Assembly (NCBI GenBank): GCA_039194325.1
Contig: JBCCWC010000003.1
Location: forward strand, 64,001 to 128,000
Length of the DNA stretch: 64,000 bases
Origin: Myxococcota bacterium
Lineage (GTDB): Bacteria; Myxococcota_A; Polyangia; Nannocystales; Nannocystaceae
Direction: 5' to 3'
The position numbers were made by a program, and so were the translations under genes. This document shows, piece by piece, positions 41,006-52,304 of this stretch. Under the pieces are notes generated by a model. It searched no databases. It was not told the origin of the DNA and saw nothing but the letters and a program-made list of their open reading frames with translations. Position 1 is the first letter of the stretch. The number at the start of each line of letters is the position of its first letter.

Positions 41006-43225
41006 CTACTCGACGGCACCAGCCGCCAAGGCTCGTGCCAGTCGACGCTGCTGTTCAGCTTGTTCCCGACAGGAGCGGGCGCGCCCCAGCTGATCGAGCT
41101 GCTCCGCGAGGGTCCCCGCTCGCTCCAGCAGACGCGCCGCGTAGGAGTGGCGCCCGTTGCCGATCTCTAGTGTTGATGCGCGCATCACAGATACGAGTGC
41201 GTGGTCGGCATGACCACGCACTTCCTGGAGGTACGCCTGCTTGTCGAGCGCCGAGGCCAGAGCCAGATCATCCCCGAGCTGTGTGGCGCCTCCGTACGCA
41301 TTCCGATAACTCATTAGTGCGGCATCGAGCCGGCCGGTGAGGACTTCGATATCTCCAAGCACCAAGTCGACAAAGAACAACAAGCGGTGCTCACCCAGCT
41401 CGTCCGCAATCTCCCTAATTTCTCGGAGTCTCGGTTCCAATGCCCACGATTTGTTCGCCTCGACCCGTGCGCTTGCTTCGTACACATCCGCATACATAGC
41501 CAGCCCCGGGAATCCATTGGAGATGAACTCATCGTGTGCCCGGCGATAATACGAGCAGGCCTGCTCTACTGCACCTCTATCCCGCTCGATATGCCCCTGC
41601 TCAAGCTTCGTAATCCCATGATCGATATCCCATGCACCGGCCCCGTCCCCTATCTTCCCAGAAAGAGATGGCAGCCAATCAATCGCAGAAACAGAGTAAC
41701 CGGCTTCGCGGAGAGCGCGGGCAAGATAAGGACTATCAGCATTCGAGCCGTCCAGCATCTTCTCGTGGCGATGCATCGCACGCGTAGCATGTCCCAGGAG
41801 CCGCTCCACCTCTGTCTCCAACTCGCCCCACGCTCGGAGGATCCATCGCTTTTCGCGGTTCCTTTCTTCAAAACGAGATACGGCCGCTTGCAACAACGAG
41901 CTCAGCTGGTCTCTCGATGCGCAAAAGAGCACCAGGATATTGGCGACACAAAGCGTGAGCCCCGCATCTGGCCCAGGTAGCAGTCGTTTCTCGTAGCTCT
42001 CCATGCGTCGGAGATACGCCCCGAGATCACTAGGAAGACCGGTCAAAACGGGCTTTACCAGGAGCCGAGCGAGCGCCACGATCGTGCGCCACTTTCTGTC
42101 CTTTGACTTGATCTGCTCAAGCATACGCATGGCTCTACCCAGGCGCCTCATCAGACCAGCCAAGTCATCCTGGACCGCTACGAAGTCCCAAACCGAAGTC
42201 GGAAACTGGATGAAGAGCTCACGCAGAGCCTGCCCCGCATCTTCGCTCGGGGGCGGAATTTGGCAGATCCGATCAATAGTCGACCCGAGTAGACGACCAA
42301 ACCGAAACACCGCGGGTCCAGCAGCTCGCGTTACCGGTATACCTCCACCACCTTTGTCGAGCGGAGCCTCACGCCGCTGCATGAGTTCCTGACCTTGTCC
42401 TTCTGTTGGCCAGCTCGTAGTTTCCAATCTCTCTAATAATACACCGTGCACAATCTCGTCTCGTACCTGCCGGGCCAGTGGCCCAAAGGCTATGCTGTCC
42501 TCCACCCACAGTCCCAAACCGACTGACTGCAACGACGCCCCGGCCGCGGCCCTTGCCTTGGCCGACACCGGACGCTGTCCTTTAGAGAGCAGCAGCTCCA
42601 ATACCGTAGTCAACTTCTCCTTCGCGATTCGACTCAGCCGGAGTGCCAGGCGCTCTCCAGTCGCCCGCCGTACGCTGTACTCCCAGTCCCGCGCACTCAG
42701 CCCCTCGTCTGCGTAACGCAGACAATGGTGGGCTGCCTCCTGCACGATCGCCAACAACTCCACCGGATCGGTCGTAGCTTCCGCCGCGCGGTCCACTGGT
42801 AACGCCGCGATCCCCTGTGCCTGCAATGGGTGCTCCTCGCTCTCGAGCCCCCGCCGCAGCTCCGATAACAACGCCCGCTTGACCTCCCGCTCGAGCCAAT
42901 TCCCTTCCTTCTCATACGGCTCAATCGGCCGCCAAAACACATAAGGCCAGGCAACCCGCTCGACGATTGCCCGAGCATCGCTCTCTTCGACCCCCGCGGG
43001 CGCCTCGGTCACTAGCGCGGCTCCTGATCTTACCTCCCGATTCCCACCCACCGTCGGCAACGCAGACCAAGGCACCCAGACCCACTCCTTGATCTCCGGG
43101 ACCATCCGCCGCAGCAGCTCCATGAGCTGCCCGATCTCCTCACGCGTCACGTACCACGGCAGCGCACGGCAATCCGGCGCCAATCGTAGCGGGCGTCTCG
43201 GAAAGCTCGGTGGCAACAGCCACAT
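41006..43225 (-). CDS. TPR-containing protein coupled to upstream ATPase
   Basis: TGATG overlap with ATPase stop; C-terminal TPR-like helices; lower GC. Confidence 0.65.
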   Translation of the reverse strand: MWLLPPSFPRRPLRLAPDCRALPWYVTREEIGQLMELLRRMVPEIKEWVWVPWSALPTVGGNREVRSGAALVTEAPAGVEESDARAIVERVAWPYVFWRPIEPYEKEGNWLEREVKRALLSELRRGLESEEHPLQAQGIAALPVDRAAEATTDPVELLAIVQEAAHHCLRYADEGLSARDWEYSVRRATGERLALRLSRIAKEKLTTVLELLLSKGQRPVSAKARAAAGASLQSVGLGLWVEDSIAFGPLARQVRDEIVHGVLLERLETTSWPTEGQGQELMQRREAPLDKGGGGIPVTRAAGPAVFRFGRLLGSTIDRICQIPPPSEDAGQALRELFIQFPTSVWDFVAVQDDLAGLMRRLGRAMRMLEQIKSKDRKWRTIVALARLLVKPVLTGLPSDLGAYLRRMESYEKRLLPGPDAGLTLCVANILVLFCASRDQLSSLLQAAVSRFEERNREKRWILRAWGELETEVERLLGHATRAMHRHEKMLDGSNADSPYLARALREAGYSVSAIDWLPSLSGKIGDGAGAWDIDHGITKLEQGHIERDRGAVEQACSYYRRAHDEFISNGFPGLAMYADVYEASARVEANKSWALEPRLREIREIADELGEHRLLFFVDLVLGDIEVLTGRLDAALMSYRNAYGGATQLGDDLALASALDKQAYLQEVRGHADHALVSVMRASTLEIGNGRHSYAARLLERAGTLAEQLDQLGRARSCREQAEQQRRLARALAAGAVE

Positions 43226-44502
43226 CACGACTCGTCGGGCGTCCGCGCCAGCAAGAAGTGCAGCTCGGGATCCAGGGTGAACTCGTTGGGCTGCCAGAAA
43301 TCGAGCGGCAGCACGATCTGCGAGCGAATGGCCTGCGAGAGCAAAGCCTCGTTTCCGCCGCACGCTGCCAACAACCGCTCGCGTGGCACGGCGGCCTCGA
43401 CCCCTTCGAAGATCCCCGCGATGCGACGAAGCACGTCTTGCGAGACGGTCGCGGCATGTGTCCGCGCAAACCCCATCAGCACCTCGGCCATCGAGCGCTC
43501 CTCGGGCTCCTTGATGCGCTCGGCGAGATACTCGAACCACATCAGAAACGAAAGCGGCGTGCTGGCCATCCCGGCCAACTCACTGCGGCGAGCATTCCAG
43601 AGATCGTTGCCGAGCGCTTCTTGCACCGCACGTTGCTCGCTGTGAAGCCGCCGCGCGAGGATCTGCTCTAGCGTCGCGTCGTCGAGTGGAAGAAGCTCGA
43701 ACCGCTTGCTCACCTCCCGCAGCAGGATGCTCGAGTAGTACGTGCGCATGTTGAGCACCAGCCCCACCGGTGCCCGCCATAGCTGCATCAAGCCCAGCGT
43801 CTGCGCACGAACTCGCTCGCGTCCCTCGTCGCTCCAGTAAGCATCGTGATCGAGCTCGTCGATGTTGTCGAGGTAGACGATGATGTCCAGATCCTCGTGC
43901 GCGAGCCGAATGTCCCGCAGCAGCAGCAGCAACGCCTCGCGGATGTTGTCGTCATCGAGCAAGACCTTGCCTTCGATCGCCTCTTGCTTCCGACGGCGCA
44001 GCGAGATCTGAAATTCCGAGGCAATGAAGTCGAGCAGCTTGCCGTCCGCGCCCGCTGCTGCCTTGAACTCGGTAAGGTGCTCGTGCACCGTCTTGCGCTC
44101 GACCTGGTCGAAGCTCGCGAGTGTCTTGAGCACCGCCGCACTCGCCAGCAGCTCGCGGCTGGCTCCGGGCGACCCGTACCGGTTCATCTTGTACAGCTCG
44201 GCGTGTACCTGCTCGACGACCTGCTTGAGCACCTTGCGCTGCCGCAGCGCCCCGCGACAGTCCACCTCCACGAACAGGGTAGTCGCCGCATGAACCTCCT
44301 TGAGCTTCTGCAGCACCGCCCGCGTCAGGATGCTCTTGCCCACCCCCTTGGACCCCAGCACGCAAAATCCCTGACCCTGCTCGGGATCTCGATCAGCCAG
44401 GTACGCGCTGATGCTGTGCTCCAGCCACTCGGCCGCGTCGTCTCGGTCCACGAGCAGCTCGGGACGAACGTCCGTGGGCCGGAACTTGCTGAGGTAGACC
44501 AT
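43225..44502 (-). CDS. P-loop (AAA+/STAND-like) ATPase
   Basis: Walker A GSKGVGKS, Walker B IIVYLDNIDE, 'LLVDRD' pre-P-loop. Confidence 0.85.
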   Translation of the reverse strand: MVYLSKFRPTDVRPELLVDRDDAAEWLEHSISAYLADRDPEQGQGFCVLGSKGVGKSILTRAVLQKLKEVHAATTLFVEVDCRGALRQRKVLKQVVEQVHAELYKMNRYGSPGASRELLASAAVLKTLASFDQVERKTVHEHLTEFKAAAGADGKLLDFIASEFQISLRRRKQEAIEGKVLLDDDNIREALLLLLRDIRLAHEDLDIIVYLDNIDELDHDAYWSDEGRERVRAQTLGLMQLWRAPVGLVLNMRTYYSSILLREVSKRFELLPLDDATLEQILARRLHSEQRAVQEALGNDLWNARRSELAGMASTPLSFLMWFEYLAERIKEPEERSMAEVLMGFARTHAATVSQDVLRRIAGIFEGVEAAVPRERLLAACGGNEALLSQAIRSQIVLPLDFWQPNEFTLDPELHFLLARTPDES

Positions 44503-44526
44503 CGGCGCGCGACAGCTTAGCACCCC

Positions 44527-45390
44527 TCACCGCACCCGCCGCGCCCGGGGCCTTCGCTGATCCACCGGGCAAAAGGCCCCGGTTCGACCCCCGTGGCTGA
44601 ACCCCTGGATCTCCGCTCCGCATACCCGGCACAGGTGCCCGGCCCGCCCATACACCCACAGCGCCTGCTGGTTGCGACCCGCCTTGCCGTCGGCGTCCAC
44701 GTAGTCCCGCAGGGTCGTGCCGCCGTTGCGCAGCCCCTGCTCCAGCACCTCACGCACGGCCGCCGCCAGGCGCTCCCACGCCGAAGTCGCCAGTCGGTAC
44801 GCCGGCAATAGCGGGTGCAAGCGCGCCACGAACAACGCCTCGACAGCATAGATATTGCCCACCCCGGCCACCACCCGCTGGTCGAGCAACACATCGCGCA
44901 AGGCTCGACGACTTCGACCCGCCGCCGCCTCCAGCCGTGCCCCGTCGAAGTCCTTGCCCAGCGGCTCGGGGCCCATCTCCAACAGCGGGGCCCCGGCCAA
45001 CAACTCGTTCCACGGCCGCGCCCGCACTCCGCCAAAACGCCGCGGATCCACGAAACGCAGCAGCCGATCATCGGCCAGGCGCAGCTCGACGTGGGTATGC
45101 AGCGCCCGGGGCTGTCCCGCACGCGCCACCTCCACCCGCCCCGTCATCCCCAGGTGCACCAACAACCCGAGCGCATCGCCGTCATCGCCCTGCAATCGCC
45201 AGATCAGATGCTTCCCCCGTCGCTCCCACCGCTGCGGCGTCGCACTTCGTAGCTGCTCCAGTCGCTCGTCACGCCATGCCGCCCCGATCCGCAGCGCCTG
45301 CTCGCTGCGCCACACCGCCTCGATCGGCGCCCGCAGCCGCGCCCGCGACAAGCTACGACGCACCGACTCGACCTCGGGCAGCTCAGGCAC
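44527..45390 (-). CDS. mutM: formamidopyrimidine-DNA glycosylase
   Basis: PELPEVE, RRGKHL, HLGMTG, DPRRFG, GVGNIYA, zinc finger CRVC...CPVDQ. Confidence 0.97.
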   Translation of the reverse strand: MPELPEVESVRRSLSRARLRAPIEAVWRSEQALRIGAAWRDERLEQLRSATPQRWERRGKHLIWRLQGDDGDALGLLVHLGMTGRVEVARAGQPRALHTHVELRLADDRLLRFVDPRRFGGVRARPWNELLAGAPLLEMGPEPLGKDFDGARLEAAAGRSRRALRDVLLDQRVVAGVGNIYAVEALFVARLHPLLPAYRLATSAWERLAAAVREVLEQGLRNGGTTLRDYVDADGKAGRNQQALWVYGRAGHLCRVCGAEIQGFSHGGRTGAFCPVDQRRPRARRVR

Positions 45391-46216
45391 GATCGCCTTC
45401 CCGAGCCCGCTGCAACGCCGCGAACTGCTCGGGAGCCAACCTCTCGGGCCGCAACCCCGCATCGACCCCCGCCTGCTCACACCACGCCCGCACCTGCTCC
45501 TTGGGTGCCAGCGCACTCAGGGCATTGAGCAGCGTCTTGCGCCGACGCTGAAACGCCGCCCGCACCAGCGACAAGTACCCATCTGGATTCGCCACCTCCC
45601 CCCGGGGCTGCGGCAGAGGATCCAGCCGGATCACCGCCGAGTCGACCCGCGGTGGCGGCAAGAACGCCCCCGGAGGCACATGCACCACGCCATCGATCGC
45701 CCGCACCCGCGAGAGCGCCACGGTGATCCCCCCATAGGTCTTGGAGCCCGGCGATGCACACAGCCGATCCGCCACCTCCTTTTGGATCATCACCACCCAC
45801 GTCCCGGTCACCGCATGCGACTCCAGCAGCCGAAACATCAGCGGCCCGGTGAGGTGATACGGCAAGTTCCCAACTACCTTCGGCCGCCGCACACTCCCGG
45901 CCGCGGTGGCATAGTCGAACTTCACCGCATCGGCCTCGTGCAGCGAAAACCGGGGATGCTCGCCCAGCTCCGCGCGCAGCACCTGGCATAGATCGCGATC
46001 CCGCTCGATCGCCCACACCTGCGCCCCGGTCTGCAGCAGGTGAGCGGTGAGCGTGCCCAGCCCGGCGCCGATCTCCACCACTCGATCCTCCGCCGTGAGC
46101 TCCGCCGCCTCGACGATCGCCGCATGCACCCCGCGATCCCGCAAGAAGTGCTGACCCCACTGCTTGCGCGCCGACAGACCATGGCGACGCAGTACCTGTC
46201 CGGGTGACTCGATCAC
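45383..46216 (-). CDS. rsmA: 16S rRNA dimethyladenosine transferase
   Basis: 'KQWGQHFL', 'VEIGAGLG', 'GNLPY', 'MIQKEVADR', 'PPPRVDS'. Confidence 0.96.
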   Translation of the reverse strand: MIESPGQVLRRHGLSARKQWGQHFLRDRGVHAAIVEAAELTAEDRVVEIGAGLGTLTAHLLQTGAQVWAIERDRDLCQVLRAELGEHPRFSLHEADAVKFDYATAAGSVRRPKVVGNLPYHLTGPLMFRLLESHAVTGTWVVMIQKEVADRLCASPGSKTYGGITVALSRVRAIDGVVHVPPGAFLPPPRVDSAVIRLDPLPQPRGEVANPDGYLSLVRAAFQRRRKTLLNALSALAPKEQVRAWCEQAGVDAGLRPERLAPEQFAALQRAREGDRA

Positions 46217-47292
46217 GGCAGCTGCATCCGCGGGTCGTCGAGCGACACGCTGGCCTGTACATCGACGGTAGGGGCCACCCCCGCGACGAGACGAGCCGCC
46301 GCCGCCGCACCGATCATCGCCGCATTGTCTCCGCAGTACCGCAAGGGCACCGCCTCGAAGATGAACCCATCGTGCTCCGCCGCCGCTGCCGCCGCTTCGC
46401 GCAGGCCCCGGTTGGCCGCGACCCCGCCCACGATATGCAACCGGTCGCGCCCGGTTTGCTGCACAGCACGGCGGGCCTTGAGCACCAGCACGTCGACCAC
46501 CGCCGCCTGGAACGATGCGCAAAGATCCGCCAGCGCCTTCCGCGAGTCCGGCATGCCCCCGCGATCCACGTGCACCCGCACCGCGGTCTTGAGGCCCGAG
46601 AACGAGAAGTCGAGCTCCTTGCGGTTAGCCATCGCCCGGGGCAGTGACACCGCAGTCGGATCACCCTCCGCCGCCAGTCGATCGATCACCGGACCTCCCG
46701 GATACCCCAACCCCAGCAGCTTGGCGACCTTGTCGTAAGCCTCGCCCGCCGCATCATCCCGCGTGGCCCCGAGGATCTGGTAGCGGCCCAGCCCGGCCAC
46801 GTCGACCAGCTCGGTGTGGCCACCCGAGACCATCAACGCCACATGCGGACACAGCGGCCTCGCCGGACGGGTTTGGTCACCAAGGAACGCCGACATCAAG
46901 TGACCCTCCATGTGGTGCACCCCCTGAAGCGGTAAGCCCCGGGCCGTCGCCAGGCCCCGGGCCATCTGCACCCCCACCAGCAGCGCGCCCACTAAGCCTG
47001 GCCCCTCGGTCACCGCGATCGCGTCCAACCAATCGAGGCCGACCCCCGCCTGGTCGAGCGCCTCGTCGACCACCGGCACCACCGCACCGAGGTGATGGCG
47101 ACTGGCGAGCTCAGGAACCACGCCACCAAACCGCTGATGCACCTCGATCTGCGAGCGCACCACGGAGCTACGCACCACGCTGCCCTCGACGACCGCCGCC
47201 GCTGTCTCGTCACACGAGCTCTCGAGCGCAAGGATCCGAGGAGATGCAGTCCGAGGAGATGCAGTCCGAGGAGATGCAGTCCGAGGGGTCAC
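46213..47292 (-). CDS. tsaD: tRNA threonylcarbamoyltransferase
   Basis: 'LALESSCDET', 'GGVVPELASR', 'HHMEGH', 'SGGHT', 'DDAAGEAYDK', 'DNAAMI'. Confidence 0.96.
   Translation of the reverse strand: MTPRTASPRTASPRTASPRILALESSCDETAAAVVEGSVVRSSVVRSQIEVHQRFGGVVPELASRHHLGAVVPVVDEALDQAGVGLDWLDAIAVTEGPGLVGALLVGVQMARGLATARGLPLQGVHHMEGHLMSAFLGDQTRPARPLCPHVALMVSGGHTELVDVAGLGRYQILGATRDDAAGEAYDKVAKLLGLGYPGGPVIDRLAAEGDPTAVSLPRAMANRKELDFSFSGLKTAVRVHVDRGGMPDSRKALADLCASFQAAVVDVLVLKARRAVQQTGRDRLHIVGGVAANRGLREAAAAAAEHDGFIFEAVPLRYCGDNAAMIGAAAAARLVAGVAPTVDVQASVSLDDPRMQLP
47236..47286. repeat. 15-bp tandem repeat x3 encoding (PRTAS)n at the TsaD N-terminus
   Basis: CCGAGGAGATGCAGT repeated. Confidence 0.85.
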
Positions 47293-47317
47293 GCAAAGAT
47301 CCGAACCGGGCACGCCC

Positions 47318-50300
47318 TCAGCCCGCACTATCGGTCCGCCGCTGGAGCCGACGGAGCACCCGCCGCACCGCCAGCGCCTCCTTGGCGTCGGGCGAGAGCT
47401 CCAAGAACCGCTGATAGGCGACGACCGCCTCCGGATGAGCACCGCGCTCCTGGTGCACCACCCCCAGCGTCAGGTGCCCCTGGGCATACTCGGGATCGGC
47501 ATCGACCGAGGCCTCCGCGGCAGCCAGGGCCTCGTCGAGCTTGCGCTGCTCAAGCAGGAGGGCGGAGCTGAGCACCAGCGCCCGCGGGTTGTCGGGCTCC
47601 GCCGCGAGCACCGTGTCGAGCTGCGCATGGGCGTCGCTGCGGCGACCTCGCTGTAGCAGGCGCTCCGCGGTGGCGAGGCGCTCGTCGACCTGTGCCGGAT
47701 CGAGAGATCCCTCCGACTCGACGGCACTCCCGTCGTCGGGCACCGGGCCGTTCGCATCGTCGGCACCGTCGGGCACCGGGCCGTTCGCATCGTCGGCTCC
47801 GTCGGGCACCGGAGGATCGACCGTCGGAGTCGGCCCTTCCTGTGGTGTGCCCTCGGGAACGACCTCCGGCGACCCTCCGTCGGCTCTCGTGGCCAGCGGT
47901 GGCGAGGGTTGGTCGTCGTCACGGTTCACCCCGTAGGCGATGCCGGCCACCGCCAGCAGCACCACGATCGCCGCCACCATCCCGTAGGAGCGTTCGGGCG
48001 GCGACGGGTGCTCTCGCTCGTCCTTCGAGCGGCGATCGCCCTCCCGCCACAGCCCCGACTCTTGCGCGGGCGTGCCGACCTTGACCCCGATCGACTCGAA
48101 GCTGTCGCCCTCGTCATCAAAGGTCTCCCGCTCGTCCTCATCGTCCCCATTGACCTGGGTGTCCGCCTCGACCGCGCCTTGCCCGGGCAGCGTGTCGGCC
48201 CGTGACTCGGGTCGTGCCACGGAGGGATCGGCCCCGGCGAGGAATGCCGCGGGAACGTCGATCTCCAGTGTGGGTCGTTGATCGTCGTAGGAGGGACTGG
48301 TCAGCCCCAGCAGCGCCTCGGGAGAGCTGCCGACCTCGCCATAGGTCGCCAACTCCTCGAGCGACAAGTCACCGGCATACTTCGGCAGCAGATCCGGGTC
48401 GGGCATCGGCCGGCGACTGACATCGAAAGCCCCCTTGGCGGCCGCCCGCAGCACACCCGGCGGGGGGTTGACCTGGCCCGACTGCGGCGCGATGACCCGC
48501 GTCGTCCCTCGGCGCTCGTCATACCAAGCGCCACGACGAATACGTGGGGTCTGGTCGGTTGTGGTGTCGCCGCGCTCAGGTATGGTGTCGCCACTGTCAC
48601 GCTCCGCTGGCTCGGGTACCTCGCGCACCGTGATAGGTGCGGTGATGTCGAGATCCGACGACGACGAACCCGAGCTCGCCTCGATCAACCGCGGTACCGC
48701 GGAGTTCCCATTCCCCGTCGTAGGCGACTCTGAGGCAATCGGCGAGGCAATCGGCGTGGCAATCGGCGTGGCGCTCACCTCGCTCGAGAGCCGGGGCCGC
48801 TCGTGTTCCGCCGAATCCACCTCGACCCGAGGCACGCCGGGGTCGGGCATCGCGAGCGCGACGGGTCGAGGTCCCGAAGAAGGCTTCACCCGCTCGGACC
48901 CCGCCGGCCGTGGAGGCGGGTGTGTCAGATCGGTCGACCGCGACCGTGACCGTTCTTGCGCCTCCGCGGTCGGCATCATGCGACGGAAGGAATCGTCCTC
49001 ATCGGAAGATTCCGTAGACTCGTCGCTGACCGGGCGATCGACCGCTTGCACCGCGCCCGCTTCTGCATCGAGCGGCTCCACTGCGCCCGCTTCTGCATCG
49101 AGCGACTCTACGCCACTGTCGTGCTGATCGACGTCCCCGGTCGTCTTCTCGGTCTTTCCGGTCGTCTTCTCGGTCTTTCCGGTCGGCTTCCCGGTCGGCT
49201 CCTCGGCGGGATCCACCGCGGCGCTCGACTGGACCGAGGGCTCCGGCTCGGCCAGCGGGTGAGCATCCACGTCTGTAGCCGCCCGACCCTGAGCAACATC
49301 GATCTCCGTGTCGGCGACCGTCACCACGCTGGGGATCGGAAACCGGCCCAGCGGAGGCGCGTGCATCCCGAGCGCCGGCGAGGTCTCCTTGAGACGCGCG
49401 GCCAGGGGTAGATCGCTTTGCGCAGTCGGCTCTTCGAGGGAGACCAGCCGATTACCGAACGCAGGGTGGGGCGCCGAGTCCTCCGGGATCCCGGGCACCA
49501 GCACCCCTTCTTGCTCGTCGTCCTCCGAGCGCAGCTGGGGAAAAGGCGCCGGATAGTTGGGCGGTGGCGGTAGCGGCTCTGGCTCGGCCTCCTTCGCCGG
49601 GGACGCCGAGGCCGGCGGCTTGTCTGGAGATACCGCGGGCGGGGCGTTCCACGCCTCGATCCCCAGCCCGGTCGCGGCCGGGGGGACCACGTTCGACCCC
49701 TCTGGGGGCGGCCCTTCGTGGGGGGCCAGCAGACCTTCGAAGAAGAACGTGGAGATCGCGGTGAGAGCCTCGATGTCGTCCTGACCGCTCTCGTCGACGA
49801 CTTCGATGATGTTTCGACGACCGTCGAAGCGATACAAGATCGCCATCTGCTCGTCGGTCAGCTCCTCGCGTCGATCTTCGAGCTGCTCGGGATCGGTGGT
49901 GAGGATCGAGTCGAGCGGCGGCAGCTGCTCCATGAGCCGACCCCACTCGTCAACCCGGCGCATACCCTCCATCAGGATCGCCTGGGTGCTCTCCTTGATC
50001 ACCTGGTGACGATTGACCGGCTTGAACTCGACGTCGAAGTGGCCCTCGCTCAGGCCGAGCAAGCGATAGATCGCCGCGTCACCCTGCAGCCGGCCCATCT
50101 CTGCGTCGATGATGTGACCGTCACGAAACCATACCGTGGCTTCGCCCAGCTCCGTGCTCAGCGAGATCGTCCCGGTCTTGCGGCTGATCTCGATGGTCTG
50201 TACGAGGTCGACCACCGCCATGTCGGCGAGCTGACCGCTGAACTTGGTGCGCGCGGCATCCTTTCGCTCGAGGCGCTCGTGCTGCTTGCGCTGCAGCAGC

Positions 50301-50656
50301 ATCGTCACCCGCGTGGTGATCTCCTTGATGTAGATCGGCTTGGTCAGATAGTCCTCGACCCCCAGCTCGAGGCCACGGACCTTGTCCTCGATGGACTTCT
50401 CGCTCGTCAGGAAGATGAACGGGATCGCCTTCCAGTCCGGGTTGCCCTTGACCTCCATGCAGAAGTCGAAGCCATCGCGGCTGGGCAAGCGCGTATCCGA
50501 GATGATGAGGTCGGGCTCGGCGTGTTGGAGAAACTCGAGCGCCTCCTCGGCCGACTCGGCGGGCGTGATCGAAAATCCGGCCTTGCGGAGGCTGACCTCC
50601 AGCACCCGCCGGTTTCGAGCGTCACCGTCGACGATCAGGAGATTTTGCCGTGCCAT
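47318..50656 (-). CDS. receiver domain + DUF4388-like domain + long acidic/Pro linker + TM + TPR
   Basis: 'PDLIISD', 'YLTKP'; '[24 protein letters not shown]'; TM '[17 protein letters not shown]'; C-terminal TPRs. Confidence 0.85.
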   Translation of the reverse strand: MARQNLLIVDGDARNRRVLEVSLRKAGFSITPAESAEEALEFLQHAEPDLIISDTRLPSRDGFDFCMEVKGNPDWKAIPFIFLTSEKSIEDKVRGLELGVEDYLTKPIYIKEITTRVTMLLQRKQHERLERKDAARTKFSGQLADMAVVDLVQTIEISRKTGTISLSTELGEATVWFRDGHIIDAEMGRLQGDAAIYRLLGLSEGHFDVEFKPVNRHQVIKESTQAILMEGMRRVDEWGRLMEQLPPLDSILTTDPEQLEDRREELTDEQMAILYRFDGRRNIIEVVDESGQDDIEALTAISTFFFEGLLAPHEGPPPEGSNVVPPAATGLGIEAWNAPPAVSPDKPPASASPAKEAEPEPLPPPPNYPAPFPQLRSEDDEQEGVLVPGIPEDSAPHPAFGNRLVSLEEPTAQSDLPLAARLKETSPALGMHAPPLGRFPIPSVVTVADTEIDVAQGRAATDVDAHPLAEPEPSVQSSAAVDPAEEPTGKPTGKTEKTTGKTEKTTGDVDQHDSGVESLDAEAGAVEPLDAEAGAVQAVDRPVSDESTESSDEDDSFRRMMPTAEAQERSRSRSTDLTHPPPRPAGSERVKPSSGPRPVALAMPDPGVPRVEVDSAEHERPRLSSEVSATPIATPIASPIASESPTTGNGNSAVPRLIEASSGSSSSDLDITAPITVREVPEPAERDSGDTIPERGDTTTDQTPRIRRGAWYDERRGTTRVIAPQSGQVNPPPGVLRAAAKGAFDVSRRPMPDPDLLPKYAGDLSLEELATYGEVGSSPEALLGLTSPSYDDQRPTLEIDVPAAFLAGADPSVARPESRADTLPGQGAVEADTQVNGDDEDERETFDDEGDSFESIGVKVGTPAQESGLWREGDRRSKDEREHPSPPERSYGMVAAIVVLLAVAGIAYGVNRDDDQPSPPLATRADGGSPEVVPEGTPQEGPTPTVDPPVPDGADDANGPVPDGADDANGPVPDDGSAVESEGSLDPAQVDERLATAERLLQRGRRSDAHAQLDTVLAAEPDNPRALVLSSALLLEQRKLDEALAAAEASVDADPEYAQGHLTLGVVHQERGAHPEAVVAYQRFLELSPDAKEALAVRRVLRRLQRRTDSAG

Positions 50657-51060
50657 GGCCTCACTCCCCGAGCGCTAACGGTCTCGTCCGCGCCCTGGGT
50701 TCGCGCCCGTGATCGGTGGACCCCCGTCCTGGGGCACTGCGTCCGCCAAGACGATGAAGGGCTTGCTCGCCTCGCGTGCGCACGCCACGAAGAAACTACG
50801 GGACCATAGCAACCGGGGGATGCGCGCTGCAAGTGATCGACATGGATGCCCGGCCCGTACGGACCGGCGGGCGGTGTCCGGTCCTCCCGTAGGCCGTCCC
50901 GATCTGCGGACGGTTGTACGGTCCACCCGTAGGCCATCCAGCAGCTCTGGACCGCGACACCCCTACCTCTCGAACCATCGTCCCAAGTCGAACCATCGCT
51001 CCGGAGACACTCGGGTGCCCGGCTAGGAACCGAACCCGCCGCCACGTAGGATGAGCCGGC

Positions 51061-52203
51061 ATGACGAGCACCGAGCGGCCGGACGAACGTCCTCGGACCG
51101 AGGACCATCCAACGAGGCGTACCGTTCGACAGCGGATCCTCGCCGCGCCCGTCACCGCCGCCCTCATCGGGCTGTGCGTGGGTGCCTTCCTCTCCACCCT
51201 CGGCCTGTGCGCCCTGAACGTCGAGGATCCTCGCGGCATGCTCACCCGCTCGTGGCTCGAGCTCGGGGCATGTGAACAAACCCTCACCGAGCTCGGGGCC
51301 TTGCGTCTGGCCGAGCTGTGGCTCGATGGCGAGTGGTGGCGCGTGCTTGCCGCCGCTCTCCTGCACGGCTCTTGGCTCCACGTGGTGCTCAACACGTGGA
51401 GTTTGTGGGTCGTAGGCGAGTGGGTTGAATCCACGTGGGGACATGCTCGGACGGCAGTGCTCTTCGTACTCGCGAGCGTCGCCGGATGCTTGGCCTCTGC
51501 CGCCTGGGTGGAAGCGCCTATGGTGGTCGGGGCATCCGGAGGAATCATGGGCATGGCCGGCGCCTTGCTCGTCGGACGAACGCTCGGGCGAGGACACGTC
51601 GCCCATCAGCTTCAACCGATCTCGGCCCGAGTCCTCGGCGGGTACCTGGTCGTGCTCGTGGCGCTGGGGTTTTTCGTTCCAGTCATTGCCCAGGCCGGTC
51701 ACCTCGGGGGGCTTGCGGCCGGGGCTCTGTTGGGCCTCTCCTGGGCGGGGCGGGAGGCCATCGTGGGTCTGGCCGGTCGTGTGGGACTGGGTGTTCTCTT
51801 TGCAAGCCTGGTGCTCGCCGCTCGTCAGTCCGAGTGGCGTGAAGGGTATTACGAGTACCTGGGCTATGCGCTCCTCGAGCGTGATGAGGATGCTCGGGCT
51901 ACCGCAGCATTCGAGCGGGCACTCGAACGTCGACCCGATGAAGCGCGGCTGGCCAATGGAGTCGCCTATGGTCTCGCCAAGGCGGGGATCGAGCTGGACC
52001 GCGCCGAGACCCTGGTACGACGATCGCTCGACGAAGAGCCCGACAACGCCGACTATCTGGACACGCTGGGGTGGATCCTCTGCCGACGAGGCGACTACGA
52101 ATCGGGGATGGAGCAACTTCGCCTGGCGTCGGATGCCTCTGGCGGAACGGTCGACGAGATCGAAGGGCACCTCGTCGACTGCGCAGAGGCTAGGGTCGAG
52201 TAG
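51061..52203 (+). CDS. rhomboid intramembrane protease with C-terminal TPR
   Basis: 'GEWWR', 'HGSWLHVVLN', 'VGASGG', 'GHLGG'; 'YLDTLGW' TPR. Confidence 0.9.
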   Translation: MTSTERPDERPRTEDHPTRRTVRQRILAAPVTAALIGLCVGAFLSTLGLCALNVEDPRGMLTRSWLELGACEQTLTELGALRLAELWLDGEWWRVLAAALLHGSWLHVVLNTWSLWVVGEWVESTWGHARTAVLFVLASVAGCLASAAWVEAPMVVGASGGIMGMAGALLVGRTLGRGHVAHQLQPISARVLGGYLVVLVALGFFVPVIAQAGHLGGLAAGALLGLSWAGREAIVGLAGRVGLGVLFASLVLAARQSEWREGYYEYLGYALLERDEDARATAAFERALERRPDEARLANGVAYGLAKAGIELDRAETLVRRSLDEEPDNADYLDTLGWILCRRGDYESGMEQLRLASDASGGTVDEIEGHLVDCAEARVE

Positions 52204-52304
52204 GCAACGCCCAGAGCCGCGCCGCGAGAATCTGTGCACCAGAGCGAGTGCACGGGGTACAGGTGCCCGGCCCTGGGACTGGCGCTTCGTCGGACTTGGC
52301 AAAA

